Assembly (NCBI GenBank): GCA_017482355.1
Contig: JAFUNJ010000002.1
Span: forward strand, 11,092-75,091
Direction: 5' to 3'
DNA from: Clostridia bacterium
Lineage (GTDB): Bacteria > Bacillota > Clostridia > Oscillospirales > CAG-272
Length of the DNA stretch: 64,000 bases
How positions within the stretch are numbered: the stretch's first letter is position 1; each line of letters begins with the position of its first letter. A program made the position numbers and the translations under genes. Of this stretch, positions 43,763 to 53,869 are shown in pieces. Under the pieces are notes generated by a model. The model worked only from the letters and a program-made list of their open reading frames with translations, had not been told where the DNA came from and made no database searches.

Positions 43763-46195
43763 TCAAACCACCCTCACCGCAACAACCGTCATATCGTCGC
43801 TTCTTTCGTTATTTTTCTTTGCTTTTTCGAGGATTGAACGGGCTATATTCGCAAGCGGACCGTCTGCGTCGATCTCCTCCGAGAGCATCGAAAGAAGCCA
43901 CGCTCCGTCCTCGAAGCTTTGGCTTACACCGTCGCTCACCATTACGATAAGGTCGTCCTTTTCAAGCTTAAATTTGACCTCCTCCGACGCGATCTCGCGC
44001 GTTATTCCTATCGGAAGCGACTTCGACGCGATCTTGAAAAGGCGTCCTTTTCTTATAACGTACGACGCCGCCGCGCCGCTTTTGATGAACGACGCTTCGC
44101 CCGTCAGCATATCAACTTCAAGCAGGTCGACGGTCGCGAAGCATTCGAGGTTTTTATTTCTTATAAAATTATTGAGCATTTTTAGCACCGTGTGCTTTTT
44201 ATTGCCCGCCGCAAGGAGCTTGCTTAAGAATATACCCGTCGTTTTCGAGGTCATGGACGCGTCCTCGCCGCTTCCCATTCCGTCGCTTATCAGCGCGTAA
44301 TACTTATCCTCGCAGTTTTCAAACACTATCGCGCTGTCGCCGTTGACCTCCTCGCCCTTCTTCTTCACCGATGCGCGTGCGGATTCGCACCCGACCGTTC
44401 GTTTTGCGCTTGCGAGCATCGTCGTGTAGTCGTCTTCCACCTTGAATTCGGGGCTCGTCAGCTCTACTCCGCAGGCGAGAGAGAAGGTTTTTCTCATTTC
44501 CTCCGTTGTCAGGCGGACGTTTTCAAGGTCGATACCGCCGCCGATGACGGTCTTTTTTCTTTTTCCGTAGACCGCTATACTGTGGAAGCCCATCCCCATA
44601 TCGAGCGCCGCCCTCCGTACCTTCTCAGTCAGTGCGCCGTCGAGGACGTACTCCTGCGCGTTCTCCTCCGATGCCTCCGAAAGCAGCTTTGCCATTGCCT
44701 CGTAATCGAGCGCGAACACCTCAGTCTTATTCTGCTTCGCGGCACTTTCAAGCAGTCGCGCATGTGTGAGATTGACCTCCGAAAGCGCCTTTACCGTGTT
44801 CGGACAGATGTCGAGAAAATGGCTCGGCACATACGAGGAATCAGCGTTTCCGTGCCTTACGACGGCGTTTGCCAGCTTATTCATCACGTCGGCGGTCCTT
44901 TCGTATTCGCGACCCCAGCAGACCATATTTTGAGAACATGATTTACAGTATTTTTTAAATGACGCCTCGCATATACCCCTCACCTGCCACGCGCCCGGGG
45001 TAGTGAGTCGATTCGAGAGCGCGTAGAAAACGCTTGACAGCGATGTCATGGCATCAGAAAGCGCGTTCAGCCGTACCGTCATTGCCTCCTCCTTTTTGCT
45101 TATCAGCATCGTCGTGCTTGACGCCTCCTCGCTCATAACGGTGCGGCTTCCGAGAATACTCAGCTTCGCACCTCCCCCGAATCTGACTATCGGCAGACAT
45201 ATTGCTCCGCCCCACAAAAGCGCCGGCACCGTCGTCATCAGCGACGGGCTTCCGCCCGTTATGAGCGCAAATATCACGCCGCCTACGCATCCTCCTCCGA
45301 CAGAGGCGATCTGCGAATAGCTTCTGAGCGTGCCCGCGATCGCGCCGATCAGTCCCAGCATGACCGCCTCCTCTGCCCCTATGCAGAGTCCGCCTGCCAT
45401 TCCGATAAGACCGCCCTTGACGCTTCCGCCGCCGAGAGCTGAAGTCAACGTCATAAGTGAGCCGACCACCAAGGCGGGAGAGAAGCCGAGCAAGCTGAAG
45501 CTTTTAAGACCGATGATCAGTGATAGATAGAGGGCGAATGAGCCGAGCTCCGCGCGTGTATTCCCCTCTCTTTTTTTGCCGAGCGCACCTGAATAGAGAT
45601 ACGCAGAAAGCGGCACTGCAAATATCAGAAATATTGCCTGAAAGAGCTGCTTCTGACCGAAGCCGCCTGCGAAAATTCCGTAAATTCCGCATACAAATCC
45701 GCCTGCCGCACCGACCGCCAACCGCAGTGACAGCGGCTCGGAAAATATCCTTTCGCGCCGTCCTTCAAGAATGTAGGACACGAGAAAACGTATTATCACA
45801 ATAAGCAACGAGGCAACAAAATATATCGTTCTGTGATCTCCGTAAAGAGACGAAAGCAGTATTCCGCTCAAAACCCAGCCGACCCGTTTTTCGCTTCCCG
45901 TCAGGAACGCGAGTCCGAACGGCATCGTTCCGTCAAATACCTCTGCGCGCGACAAAGTAAATGCGAAAATGAAGGACGCGATGCCCTTCAGTGCCGATTC
46001 AGCCGTCTTCGACTGCGTTTTTTCGGCGCTCTTTTCGGTTTTTACGTATGTACCTACCCATTTTGATAGCTGCGCTATTATTCCCTTTTCTTTTTTCTTC
46101 TCAGAGTCCGTTTTTTCCATTTTTTCGTCCGTCCTTTGTTTTAGTAAGTCACATTTTACACCAAAGCTACCGCGCAGTCTGTCGAAGTCGCTCAC
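43763..46195 (-). CDS. spoIIE: Stage II sporulation protein E (PP2C phosphatase)
   Basis: 810 aa. About 10 N-terminal TM helices, a central regulatory region and a C-terminal PP2C domain (SDGMGSGEDA ... DDMTVVAVRV). The start may be an internal Met. Confidence 0.9.
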   Translation of the reverse strand: MSDFDRLRGSFGVKCDLLKQRTDEKMEKTDSEKKKEKGIIAQLSKWVGTYVKTEKSAEKTQSKTAESALKGIASFIFAFTLSRAEVFDGTMPFGLAFLTGSEKRVGWVLSGILLSSLYGDHRTIYFVASLLIVIIRFLVSYILEGRRERIFSEPLSLRLAVGAAGGFVCGIYGIFAGGFGQKQLFQAIFLIFAVPLSAYLYSGALGKKREGNTRAELGSFALYLSLIIGLKSFSLLGFSPALVVGSLMTLTSALGGGSVKGGLIGMAGGLCIGAEEAVMLGLIGAIAGTLRSYSQIASVGGGCVGGVIFALITGGSPSLMTTVPALLWGGAICLPIVRFGGGAKLSILGSRTVMSEEASSTTMLISKKEEAMTVRLNALSDAMTSLSSVFYALSNRLTTPGAWQVRGICEASFKKYCKSCSQNMVCWGREYERTADVMNKLANAVVRHGNADSSYVPSHFLDICPNTVKALSEVNLTHARLLESAAKQNKTEVFALDYEAMAKLLSEASEENAQEYVLDGALTEKVRRAALDMGMGFHSIAVYGKRKKTVIGGGIDLENVRLTTEEMRKTFSLACGVELTSPEFKVEDDYTTMLASAKRTVGCESARASVKKKGEEVNGDSAIVFENCEDKYYALISDGMGSGEDASMTSKTTGIFLSKLLAAGNKKHTVLKMLNNFIRNKNLECFATVDLLEVDMLTGEASFIKSGAAASYVIRKGRLFKIASKSLPIGITREIASEEVKFKLEKDDLIVMVSDGVSQSFEDGAWLLSMLSEEIDADGPLANIARSILEKAKKNNERSDDMTVVAVRVV

Positions 46196-46401
46196 GCGCG
46201 TTTTAATTCTTTTTGACGATATTAGGGTGCTTTTATACTTACATCGTTTTTCGCGCGAAAAAAAGATAAAACCGTGGCGCAGTTTCGTTTTTGCCGTGAT
46301 TTTTAGGCGAACGGTTTTAGTAATTTTTTAAATTTAACCACTTATATTTATTGAAATGTCGCTATTTGTTATCTTTTTTTGCACAAATTATGAAAAATCT
46401 G

Positions 46402-46430
46402 TTGCCATACCGCACATTTTTTGATATAAT
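46402..46430 (+). promoter_or_regulatory. Sigma-A type promoter
   Basis: TTGCCA, 17-nt spacer with TGa, TATAAT. Confidence 0.55.
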
Positions 46431-46470
46431 TAAGAAGATAACGCTGCATCTCCTTGAAAGGATTACATTG

Positions 46471-47403
46471 ATGTACGAAAAAAGAAGAAGAAAACTCGGC
46501 GACCGTTCCGACGGATACAAGGTCCGCGGTCTTGATCCGTACGATTACGTTTCGCCTTATATAATGGTTGAAAGAAACGATGCGTCAAACTATTTCTCCG
46601 ACAAGTTCGAAACATCGCAGGCGGAAAAATACGTTAAGGAAAAGCGCGATCAGGGGCTCAAAAATTTCGGAATCATGCACGTCATTCTCGCCGCCTACGT
46701 TCGTACCGTTTCGCAGAAGCCGTATCTTAATCGCTTCCTTTCCGGTCAGAAGATCTACGCCCGCAAGGATATTCAGGTAAATATGGCTGTAAAGGAAGAG
46801 ATGACTTCAAGCAACACGAACACCGTTATCAAGGTCATCTTTCGCCCCGAGGATACTGCCAAGGACGTTTTTGAACGCTTCACGAACACCTATAACGAAG
46901 CGTTTTCGGGCGGTGAAAACGCCTTTGACGGCGTTGCACGTATTCTTAACTACGTTCCCGGACTGATCAAAAAGTTCGTTGTCTGGTTTCTCAAGATGCT
47001 CGATTATTTTGGGCTTCTCCCGGGCGGTCTTACCAAGGTAAGTCCCTTCCACGGCTCGATGTTCATTACCTCTATGGGCTCTCTCGGTATTCCGCCAATT
47101 TATCATCATCTTTACAACTTCGGTAACGTTCCCGTTTTCATTGCCTTCGGCGCAAAGCGCCACGTTTGCGAGCTTGACCTTGACGGAAATCCCGTTCGCC
47201 GCAAGTATATCGACTACGCTATCGTTACCGACGAGCGTATCTGCGACGGCTTCGCTTACGCCTCCGCCTTCAAGATCTTCCGCCGTTATCTTGCCAATCC
47301 CTGGCTTCTCGACAATCCTCCCGAGGAGGTTTTCGAGGACCCCGATATAGACAAGAAAAAGAAGGTCAAAAAGAAGAAGGAAAAGAAACAGAAAAAGGAA
47401 TGA
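46471..47403 (+). CDS. 2-oxoacid dehydrogenase E2 / CAT-like acyltransferase-fold protein (no lipoyl domain)
   Basis: Start reassigned to MYEKRRRKLGDRSDGY. DERICDG stands in place of the catalytic DHRxxDG. Lys-rich tail DKKKKVKKKKEKKQKKE. Confidence 0.55.
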   Translation: MYEKRRRKLGDRSDGYKVRGLDPYDYVSPYIMVERNDASNYFSDKFETSQAEKYVKEKRDQGLKNFGIMHVILAAYVRTVSQKPYLNRFLSGQKIYARKDIQVNMAVKEEMTSSNTNTVIKVIFRPEDTAKDVFERFTNTYNEAFSGGENAFDGVARILNYVPGLIKKFVVWFLKMLDYFGLLPGGLTKVSPFHGSMFITSMGSLGIPPIYHHLYNFGNVPVFIAFGAKRHVCELDLDGNPVRRKYIDYAIVTDERICDGFAYASAFKIFRRYLANPWLLDNPPEEVFEDPDIDKKKKVKKKKEKKQKKE

Positions 47404-47435
47404 AAAAAACGCCTCGGCTGAGCCGAGGCGTTTTT
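47404..47435 (+). terminator. Rho-independent terminator
   Basis: cgcctcggc-tga-gccgaggcg followed by T5. Confidence 0.8.
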
Positions 47436-47442
47436 AGGATGC

Positions 47443-47467
47443 AAAAAGCGGAGTGAATTCACTCCGC
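47443..47467 (-). terminator. Rho-independent terminator of the GDPD gene
   Basis: Minus strand: gcggagtg-aatt-cactccgc followed by T5. Confidence 0.7.
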
Positions 47468-47473
47468 GTTTCT

Positions 47474-48262
47474 TTATCTGTGAAGATTCTTTTTTCTCAG
47501 GATCTCGATGACCTCGTCGGGATTGTCGCAGGTGATAAGCTCTACGCCCATCTCGATAGAAGCGTCTATATCCTTTTCGTTATTTGCGTACGTTCCAGCC
47601 CAGAGGCGGATGCCCGTTTCTTTCTGAAGCTTTTCGGTATCCGAGCGCGTTATCTCGCCCTCTTGAAATCCGAATATGCAGGTGCAGTAGCCGTAAACGT
47701 AGGGATCACTTGTTGAGGGATTGTACCACTCAAGATGTCTTTTCGGATAGTACATGTGCAGCCGGTACTTATTTCCGTATTTGCCGTATATGTACTCATG
47801 CAACTTGACATCCCAGGAGTTGATGACGACGCGGTCGGTAAAGCCGTAGTCATCAATGATCTTAAGCGCCTTATCGCAAGCTTCGTATGCAAACTCATCT
47901 CTTCCCTCTATGGGATAATCCTTTAGCTCAACGTCAAGCGTGAGCGTTGGATGATCCTTTACAAGCTCCATAAGCTCGATGAACTTAGGGACCTCGTTTC
48001 CGTTGCCTGCGTCAAGGGTCTTGATTTCGGAAAGCGTCATCTCGCGAATGAGACCGCTGCCGTTCGTCGTTCTGTCGACCGTGTCGTCGTGCATTAGGAT
48101 AAGCTCTCCGTCCTTCGTCATGTGAAGGTCAGTCTCGATCTGGTCTATGTCGAACTTTAATGACGCCCTGAACGCCTCCATCGTGTTTTCGGGATGCTCA
48201 GCCGCGCCTCCCATGTGTGCCGCGACGTAGATATTTTTGGTGCTTTGCGTCCAGTAATTCAT
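47474..48262 (-). CDS. Glycerophosphodiester phosphodiesterase
   Basis: HMGGAAEHPENT and LMHDDTVDRTTNG GDPD motifs. Confidence 0.88.
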   Translation of the reverse strand: MNYWTQSTKNIYVAAHMGGAAEHPENTMEAFRASLKFDIDQIETDLHMTKDGELILMHDDTVDRTTNGSGLIREMTLSEIKTLDAGNGNEVPKFIELMELVKDHPTLTLDVELKDYPIEGRDEFAYEACDKALKIIDDYGFTDRVVINSWDVKLHEYIYGKYGNKYRLHMYYPKRHLEWYNPSTSDPYVYGYCTCIFGFQEGEITRSDTEKLQKETGIRLWAGTYANNEKDIDASIEMGVELITCDNPDEVIEILRKKNLHR

Positions 48263-48266
48263 ATTA

Positions 48267-49325
48267 TTAGCCCTCGAACGTGAATGCTTCCCAGGGAATA
48301 TTGACCGGCTTCTTCTGAGTGATGATCTCGTCTATATGCATAAGAAGCGGGAATTCCTCCGCGTTTACAAGTCCCTTTTCCGCCTTTACCTTTACCGCCT
48401 TCGCAACGCGCTCCGCAACAACGAGGGATTCGAGGGTAACGCCCTTAAGCTCTGCCTTTGCCTCGTCGATATTGAGTCCGCGTCCGAGCAGGATTCTGAC
48501 AAGACGAGTTCTTCCGCCATATACTGTTACGTAGAGGTCTCCTGCGCCAAGCACGAGATTGTCAAAATCTTCTGCTCCCTGGAGCTTAAGAAGCTTGTTC
48601 ATCTCTCTTACCGACTGACCGAATACTGCCGCCTGAGAATTGAAGTGAAGCTCGCTGTCGAGACCGAATGCCTTCTGATTCAAGCCGATAGTAAGAGCGA
48701 TACCGAGAGCATATCCGTTTTTCAGTGCAACTGCACTCTCAACGCCGACGATGTCGGTAGACAAGCTGATATGATAATAATCGGTCGCCATTGCGCCCTT
48801 GATCATTCTGAGCACAGACATGTCTTTACCGCAGAAGGTGACCTCCGTCTGGTCGTGCGCGACAAGCTCGTAGCTCGTGCAGGGACCGCCGATAGCGTTA
48901 AGCGGGATGTTCTTGCCAAGCTCGTCAAGCTTTGCCTGCCATATATCAAGATAGGTAAGCAGATCGCCGTCGGGGGTATTCATAAGACCCTTAGTTACCG
49001 AAATTACCGGAATATTCTCGGGAAGCTGTGGCAAGATCTCGTCTCTGAACCATTCTACTCCGAAGCTGCTGACGCCGCAAATGATAAAGTCGGTGCCGGT
49101 AAGGGCCGTTCCAAGCTCTTCTATCTGGTAATAGGAAACGCCTGCCGGAAAGTCCTTATTGAACTTCGTGTGGCGACCTCTTGCGCGGCAGTTTTCGATA
49201 ATGTCTCTATCGAGGTGTGTTCCTACGAGGCGAACCTCGTTTCCGTTTTCTGCGGCAGGAAATGCAAGGGCTGAGCCCATCATGCCTGCACCGATAATAG
49301 TAATCTTTTTCATGGTTATTGACAT
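48267..49325 (-). CDS. NAD(P)H-dependent glycerol-3-phosphate dehydrogenase-like protein
   Basis: Rossmann motif ITIIGAGMMGSALA and GpsA-like length. Divergent from canonical GpsA. Confidence 0.75.
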   Translation of the reverse strand: MSITMKKITIIGAGMMGSALAFPAAENGNEVRLVGTHLDRDIIENCRARGRHTKFNKDFPAGVSYYQIEELGTALTGTDFIICGVSSFGVEWFRDEILPQLPENIPVISVTKGLMNTPDGDLLTYLDIWQAKLDELGKNIPLNAIGGPCTSYELVAHDQTEVTFCGKDMSVLRMIKGAMATDYYHISLSTDIVGVESAVALKNGYALGIALTIGLNQKAFGLDSELHFNSQAAVFGQSVREMNKLLKLQGAEDFDNLVLGAGDLYVTVYGGRTRLVRILLGRGLNIDEAKAELKGVTLESLVVAERVAKAVKVKAEKGLVNAEEFPLLMHIDEIITQKKPVNIPWEAFTFEG

Positions 49326-49438
49326 CCTTTCACTGGTATGATACTATTATATCAAATGAACAGCATTTGTGCAAGTATTGTTTTATATTCTGATAAACGA
49401 GCATAATTCCAACCAAAGCCGAACAGAGAGGAACAAAA

Positions 49439-50167
49439 ATGATCAAAAAGGAAAGACAGGATCACATTCTCGAGATCGTCAAGCAAAGGAAATACTGCAC
49501 GGTCAATTTCCTATCCAAGCTGCTTTACGTTGCACCGATAACGATCCGCCGAGATCTATATGAGATGGAAGCGGCAGGATTCTTAACCCGATGCTACGGC
49601 GGTGCCGCGATTCCCGAGCATGAAAACCGCGAGGTGCCGTTTGACCTCCGAAACACCAGCAACGCCTCCGTCAAGGAGCATCTTGTAAAAAAAGCCGCGA
49701 AGCTCATTCACACGGGCGACGTTGTGTTCCTCGACGCGTCATCGACCGTCAGCCGACTCACTCAGCACCTTTCTTCGGAGCAGAATCTGACTGTTATAAC
49801 GAACAGCACTCTTGTTGCCGAAAAATTAAAGGAAAGGCACGTTCGCTGTTACGTTACGGGAGGTATGTCGGTTGAAAACTCGCACGCCTTAGTCGGAAGT
49901 ATTGCGGAAAAGAATATTTCCGAGCTTTACGCGAATATTTGCTTCTTCTCTGCGCAAGGCATTGACGAGGACGGCACGATCTCCGATCACTCGGAGGAGG
50001 AAAGCGCCCTTCGCCGGCTTATGATCGAAAATTCCAAGGAACAGTATTTTCTTTTCGACAGCAGTAAGTACCGCAAGCGATTTGCTTTCAAGATATGCTC
50101 CGCGCAAAATATCAGCGGTGTCATCAGCGACATGAACGGTATTTCCTTTGAGAAAGGAAAGAAATAA
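49439..50167 (+). CDS. DeoR/GlpR-family transcriptional regulator
   Basis: N-terminal HTH (ILEIVKQRKYCTVNFLSKLLYVAPITIRRDL) and a DeoR C-terminal sensor domain. Confidence 0.88.
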   Translation: MIKKERQDHILEIVKQRKYCTVNFLSKLLYVAPITIRRDLYEMEAAGFLTRCYGGAAIPEHENREVPFDLRNTSNASVKEHLVKKAAKLIHTGDVVFLDASSTVSRLTQHLSSEQNLTVITNSTLVAEKLKERHVRCYVTGGMSVENSHALVGSIAEKNISELYANICFFSAQGIDEDGTISDHSEEESALRRLMIENSKEQYFLFDSSKYRKRFAFKICSAQNISGVISDMNGISFEKGKK

Positions 50168-50175
50168 GTTAAAGT

Positions 50176-50268
50176 TAAGGGGAAGGCGAGACAACGTCCC
50201 CGATGCTTCGCCATGTTTTTTGTAGGGACAGGCGTCCTCGACTGTCCGCACAAAAACAATATTACTTA
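50176..50268. repeat. Short family-1 repeat block
   Basis: ggggaaggcgagacaacgt (half of the P hairpin plus its flank), gtagggacaggcgtcctcgactgtccg and aaaaacaatattac (50252-50265). Confidence 0.75.
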
Positions 50269-50270
50269 AC

Positions 50271-50312
50271 AAAAAGATCTGCCCGTAAGCTCTTCCGAGC
50301 TTACGGGCAGAT
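50271..50312 (-). terminator. Rho-independent terminator of the ASRT/creatininase operon
   Basis: 16-bp stem atctgcccgtaagctc-ttcc-gagcttacgggcagat. A T5 run follows on the minus strand. Confidence 0.8.
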
Positions 50313-50316
50313 TTAA

Positions 50317-51372
50317 TTATTCTTTAATCTTTGCTATTTTGTCAAGGACAGCGTCTGCCTCGTCCTTTTCAAGATAGCCCGCCTCGATGTCAAACGAAAG
50401 CTTTTCATACGAGCCGAGAGTTCTCATTTGTCCCGTACGCTTTGAATAAGAGTAACCCATCGCCTCAGAGGTCGCAGGAAGAATCATTCCCATAGAATCC
50501 TCGTCGCCGGTTCTCGATATCCAACGCACGCCGACAGGCAACGCCTCAACCGGATGGCTCACGTAGCAAGCGCCCTCTCCGTTTGTCTGTAAGGTATACG
50601 CTCTGCCCGTCTCGTCTCCTTTATAGGTAACGGTAAAGCAGATCTCGGGGTCGTAGATCTCGCCTTCAGCTCCGACCTTATGGTGAAGCTCGGGGTTTTC
50701 GGACAGCTTATCCTTAAACGCCTTAAGCTCCTCCGAGTCGCCGTCGCCCTTAATAACCTTGATATGGTCGGGATCGTAGTCAGCGCTGTAAACAAGCGTC
50801 GAGCCGTCGATCGGACGGAAGTTGATATGGCAAAGGTACGCATACTCAAGCGGACTCTTACGTTTATTCTCGATCTCTACGTGTATCTTCAGCACGCTGT
50901 CGTTTTCGTAAAGACGGCATTCGGGCGAGAAGGCATAATTCATAACGAACGTTTTATCGTAATCATATCTTCCGCCGACTGCGATATAATCCTCTCCTAC
51001 GTCGATATACGCGCTCTGATAGCACACGTTCGGAATCGTACCGTGCTGAGAATGCTTATCCTCATAGCAGACGGGGGATCCGATCGCGTCAAGACCGCAG
51101 TGAAGGAGGAACGCGCCGTAGGTTTCGAGGTAAACGCTCGTCTTCTGTGGCTCATCCATCATCGTCTTCATCCAAAGATCTTTACCGCAGAAATGTGCTC
51201 TCCAGATCTGCTGTCCCTTGAAGGGCAGGATGATGAAATATCCCTTTTTGTTCTCAACTCTTATCGCCTCAACGCCTGTCGAATATCTGAACGCTACTGC
51301 CTTCATCGACGCGTTTTCGGCAACAAGAAATTCTCTGTCCGTGAAAAATTCTTTGTTCAAATAAAAGCGCAT
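50317..51372 (-). CDS. Aldose-epimerase-fold protein (DUF4432-like)
   Basis: 351 aa and beta-rich. The assignment is from general resemblance only. Confidence 0.4.
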   Translation of the reverse strand: MRFYLNKEFFTDREFLVAENASMKAVAFRYSTGVEAIRVENKKGYFIILPFKGQQIWRAHFCGKDLWMKTMMDEPQKTSVYLETYGAFLLHCGLDAIGSPVCYEDKHSQHGTIPNVCYQSAYIDVGEDYIAVGGRYDYDKTFVMNYAFSPECRLYENDSVLKIHVEIENKRKSPLEYAYLCHINFRPIDGSTLVYSADYDPDHIKVIKGDGDSEELKAFKDKLSENPELHHKVGAEGEIYDPEICFTVTYKGDETGRAYTLQTNGEGACYVSHPVEALPVGVRWISRTGDEDSMGMILPATSEAMGYSYSKRTGQMRTLGSYEKLSFDIEAGYLEKDEADAVLDKIAKIKE

Positions 51373-51389
51373 ACTTTACTCCGCAAAAA

Positions 51390-52127
51390 TTATTTGATAA
51401 TATCCTCGAGCGCCTCAAGCGTACATTTTACCATGTGCTGTCCGAGCTCCATGCTGGTCTCGACCGAATTGAGAGCGAACCACTCGGTGTTTCTCTTAGT
51501 ACGTTCAAGATCAACGTGGTCGGGATAAAGGGCATACATAAGACTGCTCTCATATTTGCCTGCGTGGTCAAATCCGCCGCACTTATGCTGTGCTTCCTTG
51601 CTTATAAGCGGAATCACCTTGATATAGGAGAAAGGATCGTCGCCGCTTCCGAGGTTCTCGTAGTAGTCAGCGTAATCGTTGCTGCCCCACCAGCCCTTGC
51701 CGCGAGTGTCTTCCATATACTCCATGATGACCTTCTTCGCCGCCTTATGGCATGCGATGGTCATAGGCATAAGTCCTGCTTCCTCGGTCTGATGATGTGC
51801 GACGCAGTAGATATTCTTAACACCGCCGTAAATCATGGACTTGAGTATGCAATAAATGTAGTTCTCGTACGCGTCAACGTCAACGTGGATCGTTCCGCTT
51901 TCGGGTCCTGCAACCGCGTAGCTTGCAACTCCGTACCAGATCGGAGGACATACTACGATCTCCTTCGTCTTCTCAAGCTCGCGCATAATTCCGTTGATTA
52001 CCATCGTATCGGTGCCGCAGCTTGCGTGAAGCGCGTGATACTCAATAGTTCCTATCGGAATTATAAAGGGAACCTTTCTCTTTTTTGCGTCTTCGAGTTC
52101 CTCGAAGAACATATCTACCATCTGCAT
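51390..52127 (-). CDS. Creatininase-family amidohydrolase
   Basis: 245 aa. PFIIPIGTIEYHALHASCGTD corresponds to the family motif (P.G..E.HG.HLP.GTD). Confidence 0.7.
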   Translation of the reverse strand: MQMVDMFFEELEDAKKRKVPFIIPIGTIEYHALHASCGTDTMVINGIMRELEKTKEIVVCPPIWYGVASYAVAGPESGTIHVDVDAYENYIYCILKSMIYGGVKNIYCVAHHQTEEAGLMPMTIACHKAAKKVIMEYMEDTRGKGWWGSNDYADYYENLGSGDDPFSYIKVIPLISKEAQHKCGGFDHAGKYESSLMYALYPDHVDLERTKRNTEWFALNSVETSMELGQHMVKCTLEALEDIIK

Positions 52128-52156
52128 ATAAATTATCTCCTCACTCGGAAGTGATA

Positions 52157-53335
52157 TTAGAATTCGAGCTCGTAAAGAGTACCGATCTCAGGGGAAAGAA
52201 CGTCACAACCGGTCTCGGTTACTGCAATACCCTTTTCCCAACGAACGCCGAACGTATCGGAGGAAATGTAGGTATCTATCTGGAAGGTCATGTTGGGCTT
52301 GAGGTCATAGGTAGAGCTGGTCTCGCACCAGGGTGCTTCAACCTCGATCATACCGGTACCGTGAAGCGGTCCGTATACGAAGTTATCCTTGTAGCCGTTC
52401 TTTACGTAGAAGTCGTAGAAGCCCTTAGCAACGTCAGCGGCGGGAACGCCTGCCTTGACCTGCTTCTCGGTCCATCTGTGTGCTTCAAGACCGAACAAAA
52501 CGACTTCTCTACGCTTGCCCTCGAGCTTGCCGAGAACGATCGGATAACCGATAGCTGCGGAATAACCGTCGATCTTAGCGGAGAGGTTAAGCTGAACGAT
52601 ATCGCCCTTCTCGAACTGTCTGTAGCTTGAGCGGGAGATAGCGTGACGGGTAGATGCCTCGGAGAATACGTACATGGGAAGTCCCTCGTACTCTGCGCCC
52701 TGCTCGTATATAACTCTCTGTGCTACACCGACCATCTGAAGCTCGGTCATACCGGGCTGGATCTCCTTGATGACCTGCTGAGAAGCAAGCTCTGCAATGC
52801 GGTAACCCTCGCGGAGGCAAGCGATCTCGTTTGCGGTCTTGATCTGACGGAGCGAAACCATTATGCTGTCTGCTCTTACGATCTCTGCCTCAGGGAATGC
52901 TGAACGGATACCCTCCATGATGATAACAGAGGTGTCAAGGTAGCTTGCAACACCGATGCGGAGCTTCTTACCCGTTACGCCGATCGCCTTCATAACGTCA
53001 GCGAAGGTATCAGGGATAAGCTCGGGATATGCGGGGTCTGCGCTCTCTCTGTATTCCTTGAGGACGAAGATCTTTTCGATCTTGGAACGGTCTGCCGCGA
53101 AGATAGCGCTCTCGGGTCCGACCATAAGTGCTGCGTCTCCGGTAGGAGCAATAGCTACGCCGCATCTTTCGAAAAGCGGCCAGAAGCCGGAGAAATAGCG
53201 AGCGTTTGCGTAGTCTGCTTCGTTCGAGTTTACGATAAGAACGTCAAGTCCTGCCTGCTTGATAAGCTCTGCGGCTCTCATTCTTCTTTCTACGTACTCG
53301 TAGTCGGGAATTCTGATAGTTCCATGCTGTGCCAT
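52157..53335 (-). CDS. M24-fold protein, creatinase / Xaa-Pro peptidase-like (metal ligands apparently degenerate)
   Basis: 392 aa. Creatinase-type N-domain plus a pita-bread domain. By-eye alignment puts N and A where the two Asp metal ligands of Xaa-Pro peptidases sit (QLNLSAKIDGYSAAIGY). Confidence 0.7.
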   Translation of the reverse strand: MAQHGTIRIPDYEYVERRMRAAELIKQAGLDVLIVNSNEADYANARYFSGFWPLFERCGVAIAPTGDAALMVGPESAIFAADRSKIEKIFVLKEYRESADPAYPELIPDTFADVMKAIGVTGKKLRIGVASYLDTSVIIMEGIRSAFPEAEIVRADSIMVSLRQIKTANEIACLREGYRIAELASQQVIKEIQPGMTELQMVGVAQRVIYEQGAEYEGLPMYVFSEASTRHAISRSSYRQFEKGDIVQLNLSAKIDGYSAAIGYPIVLGKLEGKRREVVLFGLEAHRWTEKQVKAGVPAADVAKGFYDFYVKNGYKDNFVYGPLHGTGMIEVEAPWCETSSTYDLKPNMTFQIDTYISSDTFGVRWEKGIAVTETGCDVLSPEIGTLYELEF

Positions 53336-53374
53336 AATATTTTTCTCCTTTAAGAAAATTAATAATTTTTTGTT

Positions 53375-53737
53375 TTAATCGCAGCAGTAGCCGGGGGTAG
53401 TGTAGAACGCAACGGTTCTCGGCTCTGCTCTTCCGTACTGTGCAACGACAGGTACGTCGCTTTCGAGCATTATCGCATACTGCTCTTCAAATTTTGCCGT
53501 GCGCTCGCCGAAGTCCTTCGGCTCGTTCGTACGCAGGCAACGAACTCTTCTCGCGCCCACTGTAACGACGATGTCGTTTATCGGCTCCTTATCCGTATAA
53601 ATAAACGTTATGCGGATATGAGCGTCAGCGTCGCCGGTGTTCGTGATGATTATCGACTCGTGTCCCGGGATGCAGTTTACTCCGACAGGCGGAAGCTCGG
53701 CATCCGGAAATATCCATACTTTCTTTCCGTAACCCAT
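53375..53737 (-). CDS. ASRT-family protein (sensory rhodopsin transducer homologue, DUF1362)
   Basis: GHESIIITNTGDADAHIRITFIYTDKEPINDIVVTVGARR...SDVPVVAQ closely parallels Anabaena ASRT (SHETVCILNAGDEDAHVEITIYYSDKEP...ARR...SNVPIVVQ). Start taken at MGYGKKVW. Confidence 0.75.
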   Translation of the reverse strand: MGYGKKVWIFPDAELPPVGVNCIPGHESIIITNTGDADAHIRITFIYTDKEPINDIVVTVGARRVRCLRTNEPKDFGERTAKFEEQYAIMLESDVPVVAQYGRAEPRTVAFYTTPGYCCD

Positions 53738-53781
53738 ATAGTTATTCCTCCAAAAATATTTATTCACATGTATTTTATCAC

Positions 53782-53810
53782 TTGAAATTTCTTTTGTCTA
53801 GTGTTATAAT
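53782..53810 (+). promoter_or_regulatory. Sigma-A type promoter of the AraC gene
   Basis: TTGAAA, 17-nt spacer with TGt, TATAAT. Confidence 0.55.
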
Positions 53811-53869
53811 GTAAAAAAATAGGAAAATATTCACCTTATCACTGTATTTGGCAAAAAGAGAGGAACAAA

